The position numbers and the translations under genes were made by a program. The notes beneath the pieces are model-generated. The model was not told the origin of the DNA and did no database searches. It saw nothing but the letters and a program-made list of their open reading frames with translations. A stretch of DNA of 64,000 nucleotides from Vulcanimicrobiota bacterium (GTDB lineage: Bacteria; Vulcanimicrobiota; Vulcanimicrobiia; Vulcanimicrobiales; Vulcanimicrobiaceae): the NCBI GenBank assembly GCA_963812155.1, contig CAWETW010000001.1:320001-384000 (forward strand), read 5' to 3'. Positions 34,904-45,244 of this stretch are shown piece by piece (within the stretch, counting starts at the first letter, position 1; every line of letters begins with the position of its first letter).

Positions 34904-35521
34904 CTAGAAGCGCAGTGCGACGATCGTCAGGTGCGGCCCGAGTTCGGCGGCCGGACGCACGCGCGCAGCCTCAAAGTACATGAAGCGCCGGTCGCCGGCG
35001 TGCATGCCGGCAAAATCCCATTCGCTTACGCGCGCGTCGGAATACTTCGAACGCGCGATCCCTTCGCGTGCGGTGGCGGCGAGGCGCTCGAAGCCGACCG
35101 CTCGCGGGTCGAAGGCTTCGGCGTCGACTTCCGCCTGCGTGACGGGGCCGCCGGTGAGCGACATCAGGCGCACCGGGATGGGGCCGCTCAGTGTGCCGTT
35201 CGGAGCGACCGTGTACGCATCGACGTTGAGCCGATGGGTTGGTTCTTGAACGTTCACCATCAGCCCGTTGACGCCGTCGGAGGTAATTGACGTGACGCGC
35301 AGCGGTTTTCCCGAGCGCGCTTCAATAGCATCGAAGGCTTTGAGCACGGCTCGGCCGTCGGCGAGAAACGGACTGCTCGGGCCGCCGCCCGGATTCGCCG
35401 CCGTGATCGCGGGGTCGCCGCTGCCGTACGCGGAGCCCGACGAACCGGAACAAGCTGCGAGCGTCCATACGAGGACGGCTGGGAGTGCGCCGACACGTGG
35501 ACGCGCCGAACGAAGCATCAT
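34904..35521 (-). CDS. Hypothetical lipoprotein
   Basis: Lipobox LAAC followed by a Ser/Gly linker. Confidence 0.7.
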   Translation of the reverse strand: MMLRSARPRVGALPAVLVWTLAACSGSSGSAYGSGDPAITAANPGGGPSSPFLADGRAVLKAFDAIEARSGKPLRVTSITSDGVNGLMVNVQEPTHRLNVDAYTVAPNGTLSGPIPVRLMSLTGGPVTQAEVDAEAFDPRAVGFERLAATAREGIARSKYSDARVSEWDFAGMHAGDRRFMYFEAARVRPAAELGPHLTIVALRF

Positions 35522-35599
35522 CGGCGTTCGATTGCCGGACGTCCGGTCGGTTCCTTCACTGCCGCCGTCGAAGCCGGTCTCCATGAAACGGCGGTTCTC

Positions 35600-37087
35600 G
35601 TGACGCTGACGCGCGCTGCCTTTCTGGCCGGCGCGAGCGGCGCTCTCGCCGGGTGCACCGGCGTCCCGCAAGGCGCAGGCGCCGCTCGTTCGATGTTACC
35701 GTCGGCGCGAGGCCGGGCGCGCGTCGCGATCGTGGGAGCGGGCGTTGCGGGTCTCACCTGCGCCTACCGTCTGCGGCAGGCCGGCATCGCCGCGCAGATC
35801 TTCGAAGCCGGCGACCGCATCGGCGGGCGAACCTGGACCCTGCGCGGCTACTTTGCGCAGGGACAAATCGCCGAGCACGGCGGCGAATTCATCTCGCTCG
35901 ACCAGCATGCGGTGCGCCTACTCGCAGACGAACTCGGGCTACGGCTGATCAACGTCAACCGTCACGAGAAGGGACGGACGACCTACTTTTTCGACGGCGA
36001 ACGCTACACCGTCGACGAGGCACGTCACGACTACTTCGGCATCGTTCGCGAACGGCTGCGCGCGGACGTCAAAGCCGCCGGTTATCCAACCACATACGAT
36101 CAATCGACGCCGGCCGGCCGCGCGCTCGACCGCACGACCGTTGCGGAGTGGATCGAGAAGCGCGTCCCCGGCGGGATGGGCTCGAAGCTCGGCGCACTGC
36201 TCGCGAACGCGAGCGTCGGCGAGTTCGGCGCCGATCCGGGCGATCAGAGTGCGCTGAACCTGCTCTACCTTCTCGGCCTGGAAAAGCACCGCCGTTTCAA
36301 TATCGACGGCACCGACGAAGCACTTCACGTGGTTGGCGGCATGGACCAAATCGCGTCGCGTTTAGCCGCAGCGCTTCCGGCCGGTACGATCCAAACCGGC
36401 GCGCCGCTGGCGGCGCTGAGCGAACGCGCCGACGGCTCGTTTCTCTGTACGTTCGATGACGGTCCCACCGGCCGCGGCGTGCCGGCCGAGTACGTCTGCC
36501 TCGCGCTACCGTTCACCACGTTGCGCGACGTCGATCTGCGCCGCGTGACGCTGTCGTCGCGCAAACGCATCGCGATTCGTCATCTCGATCTCGGCACGAA
36601 CGCGAAGCTGCACATGCAGTTTCGGCGGCGCGTGTGGACAGCCGAAAACTACGACGGTGCGTCGTACGTGCAGTTTCCCTACGAAGAGTCGTGGGAAGTC
36701 TCGGCGTCGCAACCCGGCGACTACGGCATCCTCGTGGGCTTTCCCGGCGGACGCCGAGGCGTGCTGCCGGCCCCCGCGCACGGTCCGGCTCCGGCTTCGA
36801 TCGCCGGCGAGTACGTGCGCCGGCTCGATCGCATTTATCCGGGCATCGCGGCGCAGTATACCGGGACGGCGTACCTCGACGTGTGGGCGCACGACCGCTG
36901 GCATCGCGGAGCGTACGCGTATTACAAACCCGGACAGTACACGCAGTTCGCCGGCATCGAAGGCGTGCCGGAAGGGAACGTCTTTTTTGCCGGCGAGCAC
37001 ACCTCGTACAACAATATGGGCTACGTCAACGGTGCCGTCATTTCCGGAGAGCGGGCCGCGCGAGAGATCGCGCGGCGTCTAACCTGA
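35600..37087 (+). CDS. Flavin monoamine oxidase family protein, probable Tat-like lipoprotein
   Basis: TRAAFL..LAGC leader; GAGVAGL, RIGGR, FAGEHTS, NGAVISGERAA. Confidence 0.9.
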   Translation: MTLTRAAFLAGASGALAGCTGVPQGAGAARSMLPSARGRARVAIVGAGVAGLTCAYRLRQAGIAAQIFEAGDRIGGRTWTLRGYFAQGQIAEHGGEFISLDQHAVRLLADELGLRLINVNRHEKGRTTYFFDGERYTVDEARHDYFGIVRERLRADVKAAGYPTTYDQSTPAGRALDRTTVAEWIEKRVPGGMGSKLGALLANASVGEFGADPGDQSALNLLYLLGLEKHRRFNIDGTDEALHVVGGMDQIASRLAAALPAGTIQTGAPLAALSERADGSFLCTFDDGPTGRGVPAEYVCLALPFTTLRDVDLRRVTLSSRKRIAIRHLDLGTNAKLHMQFRRRVWTAENYDGASYVQFPYEESWEVSASQPGDYGILVGFPGGRRGVLPAPAHGPAPASIAGEYVRRLDRIYPGIAAQYTGTAYLDVWAHDRWHRGAYAYYKPGQYTQFAGIEGVPEGNVFFAGEHTSYNNMGYVNGAVISGERAAREIARRLT

Positions 37088-38257
37088 GCGCCTCCAACTC
37101 GCGGGCACGTCGACGTATGAGGCGTCGAGCGCGCCGGCGGCGTGACAGCCGAGCAGACGCAGCGTTCGTACGACTCCCTCGCGCAAAATCTCGATCGCGC
37201 GCGTAACGCCGGGGCCGCCGGCTGCGCCGAGACCGTATGCGTAGGCGCGTCCCACGAGCACCGCGCGCGCGCCCAAACAGAGCGCTTTCACGACGTCGCT
37301 GCCGCGCCGCACGCCGCCGTCGAGCAGCACTTCGATGCGATCGCCCACGGCCGCAACAACTTCGGGTAACGCTTGCAGCGTCGGCGATACTTCGTCGAGT
37401 TGGCGGCCGCCGTGATTCGAAACGACGACCGCATTCGCACCCGCATCGGCAGCGCGAAGCGCGTCTTCACCGGTCAGCACGCCTTTAACGACGATCGGCG
37501 CCGGGCCCCACGCCTCGCGTATCCACGCGAGATCGCTCCACGCAACCGACGATTGCGCGAGCGCGCCTTCGACGTCGACGTAGCGCATCGGGCTGTCGCC
37601 GACCACGACGTTGGGAAACTGCATCAATCCGCCGTCGCGCAGGAAATCGGCCAGCCAGCGCGGACGCGCGAGCAGATGCCGCGCGTGCGGCAACATCGTC
37701 CAAAAACGGCGCGCCAACAAGGCTTTCGCGCCGTTGCGGACGTCGCGCTCGCGCAAACCCGCCACGGCAGTGTCGACGGTGACGACGAGCGCGGCGTAGC
37801 CGGCGGCGCGCGCACGCACGATCGCCTTGACGGCGGCCTCGCGGCCGCCGACGAGGTAGAGTTGGTACCAGAGCGGTCCGCCGGATGCCACGCGAACGTC
37901 CTCGAGCGCGCAACCCGAAAGCGTCGAGAGCGAATAGAGCGTGCCTGCCGCGCCCGCGGCCGCCGCGGCCGCGCATTCGCCGCGCGGATACATTAGGCGG
38001 CTGCTGCCGACCGGCGCAAGCCCAAACGGAAGTTTCAAATGCTGCCCGAGCACGTTGACGCTCAGGTCGCATTCGGCATTGGCAACCGCGCCGCGCGGAC
38101 GAAATCGCACCGCTTCGAAGGCGCGCTCGTTTTCACGTAACGTCACTTCGCCGTCGGCACCGCCGTCGACGTAGTCGAAGACGACGCGCGGCAATCGGCG
38201 CCGGGCGAGCTCGCGCAGATCCGCGACGTTTATCGCACGGACGGTTCCGGTGGTCAC
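37079..38257 (-). CDS. FMN-dependent alpha-hydroxy acid dehydrogenase
   Basis: FDYVDGGA, WYQLY, SNHGGRQLD, DGGVRRGSD. Confidence 0.93.
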   Translation of the reverse strand: MTTGTVRAINVADLRELARRRLPRVVFDYVDGGADGEVTLRENERAFEAVRFRPRGAVANAECDLSVNVLGQHLKLPFGLAPVGSSRLMYPRGECAAAAAAGAAGTLYSLSTLSGCALEDVRVASGGPLWYQLYLVGGREAAVKAIVRARAAGYAALVVTVDTAVAGLRERDVRNGAKALLARRFWTMLPHARHLLARPRWLADFLRDGGLMQFPNVVVGDSPMRYVDVEGALAQSSVAWSDLAWIREAWGPAPIVVKGVLTGEDALRAADAGANAVVVSNHGGRQLDEVSPTLQALPEVVAAVGDRIEVLLDGGVRRGSDVVKALCLGARAVLVGRAYAYGLGAAGGPGVTRAIEILREGVVRTLRLLGCHAAGALDASYVDVPASWRRSG

Positions 38258-38330
38258 GCGGCAAAGGTTCTGCAATCGCCGGCAGCACTCCGTTGAAGGC
38301 AGCCGCGCGGGCGCGCGAAAGCACGCGACC

Positions 38331-38801
38331 ATGCATCGAACACGAACGCACTCCTACGCCGTCGCAGTGACGTGGAACGGAAACCTCGGGAGCGGAACGA
38401 GCGACTATCGCAGCTACGAGCGCGCACACGGAATCTCGGCTGCAGGCAAGCCGGAGATCGCCGCCTCGTCGGACCCGGCGTTTCGGGGCGACGCGAGCCG
38501 CTGGAATCCGGAAGAACTGCTCGTCGCGTCGCTGAGCGCTTGCCACATGCTCTGGTATCTGCACCTGGCTTCGGTTGCCGGGATCGCCGTCACGGATTAC
38601 GTTGACGAGGCCGAGGGTACGATGGAGGAAAGTGCCGGAGGCGAGGGCCGGTTCGTGCGGGCGTTGCTGCGGCCACGCGTCTCGATCGCACCCGGGTGCG
38701 ACGCCGTTCGCGCGCGCGAACTGCATCGCGAAGCCCACAGCAAGTGTTTCATTGCTCAGTCCGTCAACTTTCCCGTCGAATGCGAACCTGAAATTCTCTG
38801 A
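38331..38801 (+). CDS. OsmC family protein
   Basis: NPEELLVASLSACHML, AHSKCFIAQSV. Confidence 0.92.
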   Translation: MHRTRTHSYAVAVTWNGNLGSGTSDYRSYERAHGISAAGKPEIAASSDPAFRGDASRWNPEELLVASLSACHMLWYLHLASVAGIAVTDYVDEAEGTMEESAGGEGRFVRALLRPRVSIAPGCDAVRARELHREAHSKCFIAQSVNFPVECEPEIL

Positions 38802-40297
38802 AGAATCCATTTCGTCACCGCGAGCAAGCGCCGGTCGGCCTCATCACGATCACGGTGATGCTGGGGCTGATCATGGCGATCATCGACACGACGATCGTCA
38901 ACGTCGCGCTGACCACCATCGGCGGCAATCTGGGCGCCACCGTCGACGAAGTCGCGTGGGTCGCGACGGGCTATATTCTCGCCAGCGTCGTCATCATGCC
39001 GCTCAACGGCTGGCTGACGGCCCTGCTCGGACGCAAGCGCTTCTACGCCGCGTCTCTCGGCTTGTTTACGGTCGCGTCGCTCCTGTGCGGAACCGCGCAC
39101 TCGATTTGGATGCTGGTTTTCTATCGCGTGATCCAAGGCATCGGCGGCGGCGCCCTTCAGCCGACCGCTCAAGCGATTCTCTTTGAAACCTACCCGCCGC
39201 AAAAGCGCGGCGCGGCGATGGCGATCTTCGGCTTGGGCGCGATGGTCGGTCCCGCGATCGGACCGCTGCTCGGGGGCTACATCGTCGACAACGCGAGCTG
39301 GCCGCTGATCTTCTACATCAACATACCGATCGGCATCGCCGCGTTTCTGTTGACGCTCGCCGTCATTCCGAACCCGAAGTTCCTGCAAAAACCGAAAGGC
39401 GGCATCGATTTCATGGCGCTCGGCCTGCTCACCGCCGGCCTTGCATCGCTGCAATACGTGCTCGAGCGCGGCGAGCGCGACGACTGGTTCCAGTCGCCGA
39501 CGATACAACTGCTCACGTGCGTATCCGTCGTCACGCTCGTGCTTTTCGTCGTCAAGTCGCTGCGGGACCGGTATCCGATCGTGGATCTCGCCGTTTTTAA
39601 GTTCCGATCGTTTTCGGTCGGCTCGTTCCTCGGCGTCATCATGGGCTTCGGTCTGTTCGGAACGGCGCTCGTGCTGCCGCTCTTCTTTCAGTCGATCTTG
39701 GGATTCACGGCGTTCGACACCGGCATGGCGTTGTTGCCGGGGGCGCTCTCGACCGCCGTGTCGATGCTCATCATAGGACGAATCTTCAACCGCATCGACG
39801 GCCGATGGTCGATCGTCTTCGGCATGTTGACCTTTGCGTGGTCGACCTGGCTGCTCGGGGGACTGACGGTGCAAGCCGGCTATTGGGAAGTCTTCTGGCC
39901 TCGACTCATCCAAGGCTTCGGCTTAGGATTCTTATTCGTTCCGCTCACGACGATCGCGCTTGGCGACGTGCCGATTCACGAACTCGCCGGCGCGACCGGC
40001 GTCTTCACGCTCCTGCGCCAACTCGGCGGAAGTTTCGGCATCGCCATTCTCACGACGATGCTCACGCATCAAACCGCGGTCGCCTGGAACGTGCTCGCCT
40101 CGGGCGTCACGCAGACGCACGGCTATTCGGTTCCCGCGCTGACCGGAATGGTCGCACAGCAATCGGCGATGATCGCCTACGACTACCTCTTCCGCTTCTG
40201 CGCGATCGTCTTCGTCCTGACGACGCCGCTGGTTTTCCTTATCAAAAAGCAGAAGCGCGCGTCGGGGACGTCGGGAATGCCGGCGGAGGCTGCCTGA
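38798..40297 (+). CDS. DHA2 (EmrB/QacA) MFS efflux permease
   Basis: IDTTIVNVAL, RVIQGIGGG, GPAIGPLLGG, FYINIPIG; start placed at CTG 38798 (see findings). Confidence 0.92.
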   Translation: MKNPFRHREQAPVGLITITVMLGLIMAIIDTTIVNVALTTIGGNLGATVDEVAWVATGYILASVVIMPLNGWLTALLGRKRFYAASLGLFTVASLLCGTAHSIWMLVFYRVIQGIGGGALQPTAQAILFETYPPQKRGAAMAIFGLGAMVGPAIGPLLGGYIVDNASWPLIFYINIPIGIAAFLLTLAVIPNPKFLQKPKGGIDFMALGLLTAGLASLQYVLERGERDDWFQSPTIQLLTCVSVVTLVLFVVKSLRDRYPIVDLAVFKFRSFSVGSFLGVIMGFGLFGTALVLPLFFQSILGFTAFDTGMALLPGALSTAVSMLIIGRIFNRIDGRWSIVFGMLTFAWSTWLLGGLTVQAGYWEVFWPRLIQGFGLGFLFVPLTTIALGDVPIHELAGATGVFTLLRQLGGSFGIAILTTMLTHQTAVAWNVLASGVTQTHGYSVPALTGMVAQQSAMIAYDYLFRFCAIVFVLTTPLVFLIKKQKRASGTSGMPAEAA

Positions 40298-40316
40298 GCG
40301 CGGCGGGCGAGCGGCT

Positions 40317-40634
40317 TTAGCTTGCGAGCTTCAGTTTGTAGCGGGGCGACAACGCATCGGCATTCTCGGCCACAAAGCGTCGCAACTCGCGAAGTTCGGC
40401 CGCGCCTTCAACCTTCGACTCGCTGAAGATATCGAGGAAGTGTTCGAGGCTCTCGACGGCCTCCGACCAGCGTGGATCGTCGGGGAGACCGGCGGCGTGG
40501 TGGAAGGCGTCGGCCAAGTCTTGGGTTGCGCGTCCGGCGGCGAAGGCCGCTCGCACGATTGGCACTCGCGGAACGTCGAGAAGCAGATGCGCGATATCGT
40601 CACAGAGCCGATCGCAAGCGGCTTCGTATTCCAT
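40317..40634 (-). CDS. Hypothetical helical protein
   Basis: 105-aa ORF with GAGG RBS, 12 bp downstream of the MFS gene. Confidence 0.7.
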   Translation of the reverse strand: MEYEAACDRLCDDIAHLLLDVPRVPIVRAAFAAGRATQDLADAFHHAAGLPDDPRWSEAVESLEHFLDIFSESKVEGAAELRELRRFVAENADALSPRYKLKLAS

Positions 40635-40646
40635 TGCAGGTACCTC

Positions 40647-42215
40647 CTATGTTCGTTTGCGTGCTAATAGCAGCGCGCTGGGGGTTGCCAAAATCGCGAG
40701 GACGCCGGTAACGAAGAACGCGTCGGCGTAAGAGAGTGCCGCGGCTTGCGCCGCGATCGCGGCGCCCAGCTGTGCAGCGCTTCCGTGCTGCAAGAACTGC
40801 GCGACGGGCAGCCTCGAAATCGTCGCTTCGGCTGCAAGAATCGTTTGATGGAACTGTTCGCGCCGGTCGAAAAACGCAACGATGCCCGCCGACGATATCG
40901 AGCCGCCCAGTTGAAAGGCAAGCACGATGAACGACGCTGCTTTGGGCGCGGCTTCCGGCGCCACCGCGCGCATCGTCGCCACGAGCAACGGTGAATAGAC
41001 GAATGCCGAACCGGCGCCAATCACTAGGAGCGGGAGAACGAACGAACCGAGGTCGCTCTGCGTCGTCGTGCTGCCGGCTAACCAGAGCAATCCGATTCCC
41101 GCCACCCCTAAACCGCCGGCGATCATCCAGCGCAAGTCGAACTTCGGGATGCTCGTAAGCCGCGCGACCGGCAACGTGAGCAGGAGCACCGGCAGCGCGC
41201 GTATGCCGATTAACATTCCGGCGAGCGTGCTCGTAAAGCCCAAATCTTCAACGGTGAACTGCGGCAAGAGCAACAATGCTGGAAAAACGATTCCAGCCAA
41301 CGCACCCGCGATCGCTAACGCCGCGGTAACCGCCGGCTGGCGCAAAATCCGCAGGTCGACGATCGGCTGCGCAACGCGCAGCTCCCACCACACGAATGCG
41401 GCCGTCGCGAGCAATGCCGACATCGTGCACAGCCGGATCAACGGGTCGGAAAACCAGTCGTCGTGTTGGCCTTGGTCGAGCACGTACTGCATGCAACTGA
41501 CCGCAATCGTCAGCAAAACGATCCCCGCCACATCGACTCGCGCCGGTTGCGGCCGCCCGTTATCGCGCATGTAGCGCCACAACAACGCAAACGCGACGAT
41601 ACCCGGAACCAAGTTGACGTCGAATACCCACTGCCACGAAAGATTGTCGACGAGGATCCCGCCCAGCGTCGGGCCGACCGACGGGCCGAGGATCGTGCCG
41701 AGCGCGAAGATCGACTGGCTCAACCCTAGTTGTTCGGGCGGAAACGTGTCGCGCAGTACGACTTGTGCGACCGCCAACAACCCGCCGCCGAACGCGCCTT
41801 GGAGAATGCGAAAAAGAATCAAGGCGCTCAGCGACGTTGCGAGACCGCACAACATGGAGGCTAACGTAAAGCCGACAATGGAGACGAGAAAATAGTTCTT
41901 GCGTCCGAAGCGCAGCTGCAGCCAGGGCGTCAGCGGAATCACGATCACGTTGGCGATCACGTAGCCCGTCAACACCCACGTCGACTCGTCCACGGTCGCG
42001 CCGAGATTGCCTTGGATCGTGGGCAGCGCGACGTTCACGATCGTGAGATCGACGGTTTGCAGCAACGCCGCGAGCATGACGCCGGCCACGACCAGATAGC
42101 GGCGCGAGCCGTATTCGACGAGCGAAGGAGCGGAAGAGGGCGGAGGCGTTTCGCGCGGCGGGCGCGGCCGGGCGGGGATAACGCCGACGCGGACGGCCCG
42201 TTCGGCAACCGGCAT
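40647..42215 (-). CDS. DHA2 MFS efflux permease
   Basis: VDLTIVNVAL, RILQGAFGG, GPTLGG. Confidence 0.93.
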   Translation of the reverse strand: MPVAERAVRVGVIPARPRPPRETPPPSSAPSLVEYGSRRYLVVAGVMLAALLQTVDLTIVNVALPTIQGNLGATVDESTWVLTGYVIANVIVIPLTPWLQLRFGRKNYFLVSIVGFTLASMLCGLATSLSALILFRILQGAFGGGLLAVAQVVLRDTFPPEQLGLSQSIFALGTILGPSVGPTLGGILVDNLSWQWVFDVNLVPGIVAFALLWRYMRDNGRPQPARVDVAGIVLLTIAVSCMQYVLDQGQHDDWFSDPLIRLCTMSALLATAAFVWWELRVAQPIVDLRILRQPAVTAALAIAGALAGIVFPALLLLPQFTVEDLGFTSTLAGMLIGIRALPVLLLTLPVARLTSIPKFDLRWMIAGGLGVAGIGLLWLAGSTTTQSDLGSFVLPLLVIGAGSAFVYSPLLVATMRAVAPEAAPKAASFIVLAFQLGGSISSAGIVAFFDRREQFHQTILAAEATISRLPVAQFLQHGSAAQLGAAIAAQAAALSYADAFFVTGVLAILATPSALLLARKRT

Positions 42216-42335
42216 TCTATACTCCGTGGTTTTATGTGCGGGAGAGGCTTGCGTTCAGTCTACCGGCTGTGCGATGCTATGACTAGAACCTAGCTTATCC
42301 TAGCACTGGACGGTGCACCTAAAGGGGAACCAACG

Positions 42336-43175
42336 ATGCAGGCTACCAGTGGGCGGCGTGACGAGCTGAGCGATTTTCTACGGACGCGACGAGCCAAGAT
42401 CGTGCCATCGGACGTCGGTCTCGCCGACGGCGCGCGGCGCCGCACGCCGGGCCTGCGGCGCGAGGAGGTTGCGCTGCTGGCGAATATCGGCGCGACCTGG
42501 TACACGCGCCTCGAACAAGGCCTGCCGATCAACGTCTCCGCCGACGTGCTCGCCTCGATCTCGCGCGCGTTGCGCCTCACCTCCGACGAGCGCCGTCATC
42601 TCTACTTGCTCGCCGGTCTTCCGCTCGCCGTCGCGTCGCACGACGAGGAACGCGTCGGCAAGCTCGTAATGCGCGTGCTGAGTGCTCTCGAGCCCTCGCC
42701 GGCCTACGTCCGCGGGCGCCGCTGGGACGTGCTTGCCTGGAACCGCAGTGCCGATGCGCTCGGCGATTTCTCCAGCGCCACCGGCCCCGCGCGCAATATC
42801 GTTTGGCGCCTTTTCCGCGACGAGCACTCGCAATGCCGTTACGGCGATCTAAAGTGCATCATGCGCCGCTGCGTCGCAAACTTTCGCGCCGTCGCAGCCA
42901 AGTATCCGGACGATCCAGCCTTCGTCGAACTCATCGAGGAGCTTCGCACCAACTCGCTCGAGTTCAGGCGCCTCTGGGCCGAGCACGATGTCCTCGGCTC
43001 AACCGAAGGCCTCAAACAATTTCTGCATCCGGAGTTCGGTGAGTTCATTTTAGATTACACCGGCTTCGAACTCCCCGGCGACGGCGATATGCGGCTCATC
43101 GTTATGACTGCGGAGCCCGGTTCGGAAACCGAGCGCAAGCTTCAGCTTCTCGTTCCCGCGACCGTCACGGTCTAG
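42336..43175 (+). CDS. MmyB-family XRE transcriptional regulator
   Basis: RRRTPGLRREEVALLA..WYTRLEQG, PAYVRGRRWDVLAWN, FRRLWAEHDV. Confidence 0.93.
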   Translation: MQATSGRRDELSDFLRTRRAKIVPSDVGLADGARRRTPGLRREEVALLANIGATWYTRLEQGLPINVSADVLASISRALRLTSDERRHLYLLAGLPLAVASHDEERVGKLVMRVLSALEPSPAYVRGRRWDVLAWNRSADALGDFSSATGPARNIVWRLFRDEHSQCRYGDLKCIMRRCVANFRAVAAKYPDDPAFVELIEELRTNSLEFRRLWAEHDVLGSTEGLKQFLHPEFGEFILDYTGFELPGDGDMRLIVMTAEPGSETERKLQLLVPATVTV

Positions 43176-43197
43176 CGTGACGCTGTTTTCTCGACGC

Positions 43198-44103
43198 TCA
43201 GGGTGACACGGGGGGTTGCATGAGGCGGCGGGCGAGCGGGTCGAGTGCGCGGCCGCGCCAGCGCAGTTCGTAGTTGAATTTGCGAATGGCGTTGCGCACC
43301 TTCACCGCTTTCGGCTGCTCCGCGACCACGCGCTCGGTCAGCGCGTGATATGGTGCGAGATGCGGCCGCAATCGATTCAGCGTCGCACGCGCTGCCGCCG
43401 GATGCGCGCCGGTGAAGCGGAGTAAGCGCGGGTACTCCGGCTTGAAATAATCAACCACGTCGAAGTCCGCCAGCCGTTCCTCGGGCAGCACGTCGCCCGG
43501 AGCGCCGAGCGACGAATAATGGCGTCCCTTTTCCGCGTGGCGGCGCGGCTCGAGCGTGTGGCCGTAGTGGGCGTACACGTACGGCAGCGCGATCCGCTTG
43601 CCGTCGATGCCGACCAGTCGTTCGTGGACCGGCGCTTCCCAATAGGCTCCGGCTTTGAAGCGAAAGAACATCATGCGGCGTTCGATCGACGTGTAGTGCT
43701 CGAATGCTTGAAAAAAATGCCACGTGTAGCCATCGACGAAATCGTAATCGGCGGGCACGAGGCCGAGGTTGGAAGCGATCGTCGCGATCGTTCGCGCGTC
43801 GTGGACTTCGTCGGCGTCCACAAATGCCACCCAGTCCCCGGCATCGCGGCGCTCGTGCAGCCGCATGCAAACGTTTCGCGCGGCGGCAAATCCGGCAAAC
43901 GGCGTATGGTCGACGACAAGGCGGCCGGTTCTTCCGAACGCACTGGCAGCGAGCACGTCTGCATGCGGCGATTCACCGGCTGCGTTGTCGTTGACGATCA
44001 GCAGCTCGGCCGCACCCGCGATCGAATCGAGGAGTGCGCTGAGAAACGGCTCTTCGCGCGCGCCGAGGATGAGATGCGCCGCAACGGCGTTGCGTTCGGA
44101 CAT
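43198..44103 (-). CDS. GT-A (family 2-like) glycosyltransferase
   Basis: FAAARN, WVAFVDADE, VHERL, HYGH. Confidence 0.85.
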   Translation of the reverse strand: MSERNAVAAHLILGAREEPFLSALLDSIAGAAELLIVNDNAAGESPHADVLAASAFGRTGRLVVDHTPFAGFAAARNVCMRLHERRDAGDWVAFVDADEVHDARTIATIASNLGLVPADYDFVDGYTWHFFQAFEHYTSIERRMMFFRFKAGAYWEAPVHERLVGIDGKRIALPYVYAHYGHTLEPRRHAEKGRHYSSLGAPGDVLPEERLADFDVVDYFKPEYPRLLRFTGAHPAAARATLNRLRPHLAPYHALTERVVAEQPKAVKVRNAIRKFNYELRWRGRALDPLARRLMQPPVSP

Positions 44104-44167
44104 CGAGGAGAACTCCGGTTCGCGCGCGCGGGCGGAGTTTCCGCCGGACGCGCGAAGTCGGTCGGCA

Positions 44168-45244
44168 ATGCCGTCCCTGCGCCTCGCCGTCGACGCGCTC
44201 GTCGTCGCCGAGGATACGCGCGGAATCGGACGCTACGCGCGCGCCGTTCTTCGGCGACTGGTCGCGCGCGACGACGTCGAACTCACGCTCTTGGAGCGCG
44301 GGCCGTTTGCATTTCGCCATCGCGCCGCGCTCGAAAAAGCGCTGGGCGCGTCGAACTTTCACGTTCGTTCGGCGGCAGGCGGACCGGCGCAGGCCGACGT
44401 CGTGTGGCATCCGGCCAACGGCACCTTCTTCCGATCGCGACTGCCGAGCGTTGCGACGATTCACGACGCGGTCCCCTTTCGTTATCCGGACGCCGATGCC
44501 AAGCGGCGCGCTCACGCCCAGGAACCGTTCTTGGAGTCGGCGCGCAGCGCCACGCGCTTCGTCGCGGTTTCTGATTTCGGACGCGACGAACTCCACGACG
44601 TCTTCGATATCGCTTCAGAGCGCATCGAGGTCATCTACCACGGCGTCGAGCCGTCGTTTGCGCCGGGTCCGGCGCAGCCGCTGCCGCCGGCGCTACACGA
44701 ACGCCGTTATCTGCTCTTCGTCGGCGACCCCATCGGCGAACCGCGGAAAAACTTCACAATGCTCTACGAAGCCTACCGGCAAGCGTGGCCGGTCAACGAC
44801 GCCGCGCGACCGCTCCTGGTCGTCGCGGGGCCGCCGGCACCGGCCTGGGACGGCGTCGTGCACGCCGGCAACCTCGGCGACGATTTGACGGCGCGGGGTT
44901 CGAGCGAAGCGTTGCGCGCGCTCTACCGCGGCGCGCTCGCGTTGACGCTCGCCTCGTACCACGAAACCTTCGGAATGCCGATGGTCGAGGCGATGGCCTG
45001 CGGCACGCCCGTGGTCGCGTCGCGCGCGGGATCGCTGCCCGAGATCGGCGCGGATGCGGTGCTCTACGCTCCGCCGGACGACGCCGGCGCGTGGGCCCTG
45101 GCGCTGCAGCGCGTTACCAGCGACGCCGCGCTGCGCGAGCGTTTGCGTTTGCGCGGACTCGATCGCGCAACGCACTTCGATTGGGACGAGAGCGCGGCCC
45201 GGCATCTCGCGCTCTTTCGCGACGTCGCGGCCGCGCCGGCGTGA
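44168..45244 (+). CDS. GT4 glycosyltransferase
   Basis: GIGRY, TIHD, PRKN, ETFGMPMVEAMACGTPV. Confidence 0.92.
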   Translation: MPSLRLAVDALVVAEDTRGIGRYARAVLRRLVARDDVELTLLERGPFAFRHRAALEKALGASNFHVRSAAGGPAQADVVWHPANGTFFRSRLPSVATIHDAVPFRYPDADAKRRAHAQEPFLESARSATRFVAVSDFGRDELHDVFDIASERIEVIYHGVEPSFAPGPAQPLPPALHERRYLLFVGDPIGEPRKNFTMLYEAYRQAWPVNDAARPLLVVAGPPAPAWDGVVHAGNLGDDLTARGSSEALRALYRGALALTLASYHETFGMPMVEAMACGTPVVASRAGSLPEIGADAVLYAPPDDAGAWALALQRVTSDAALRERLRLRGLDRATHFDWDESAARHLALFRDVAAAPA

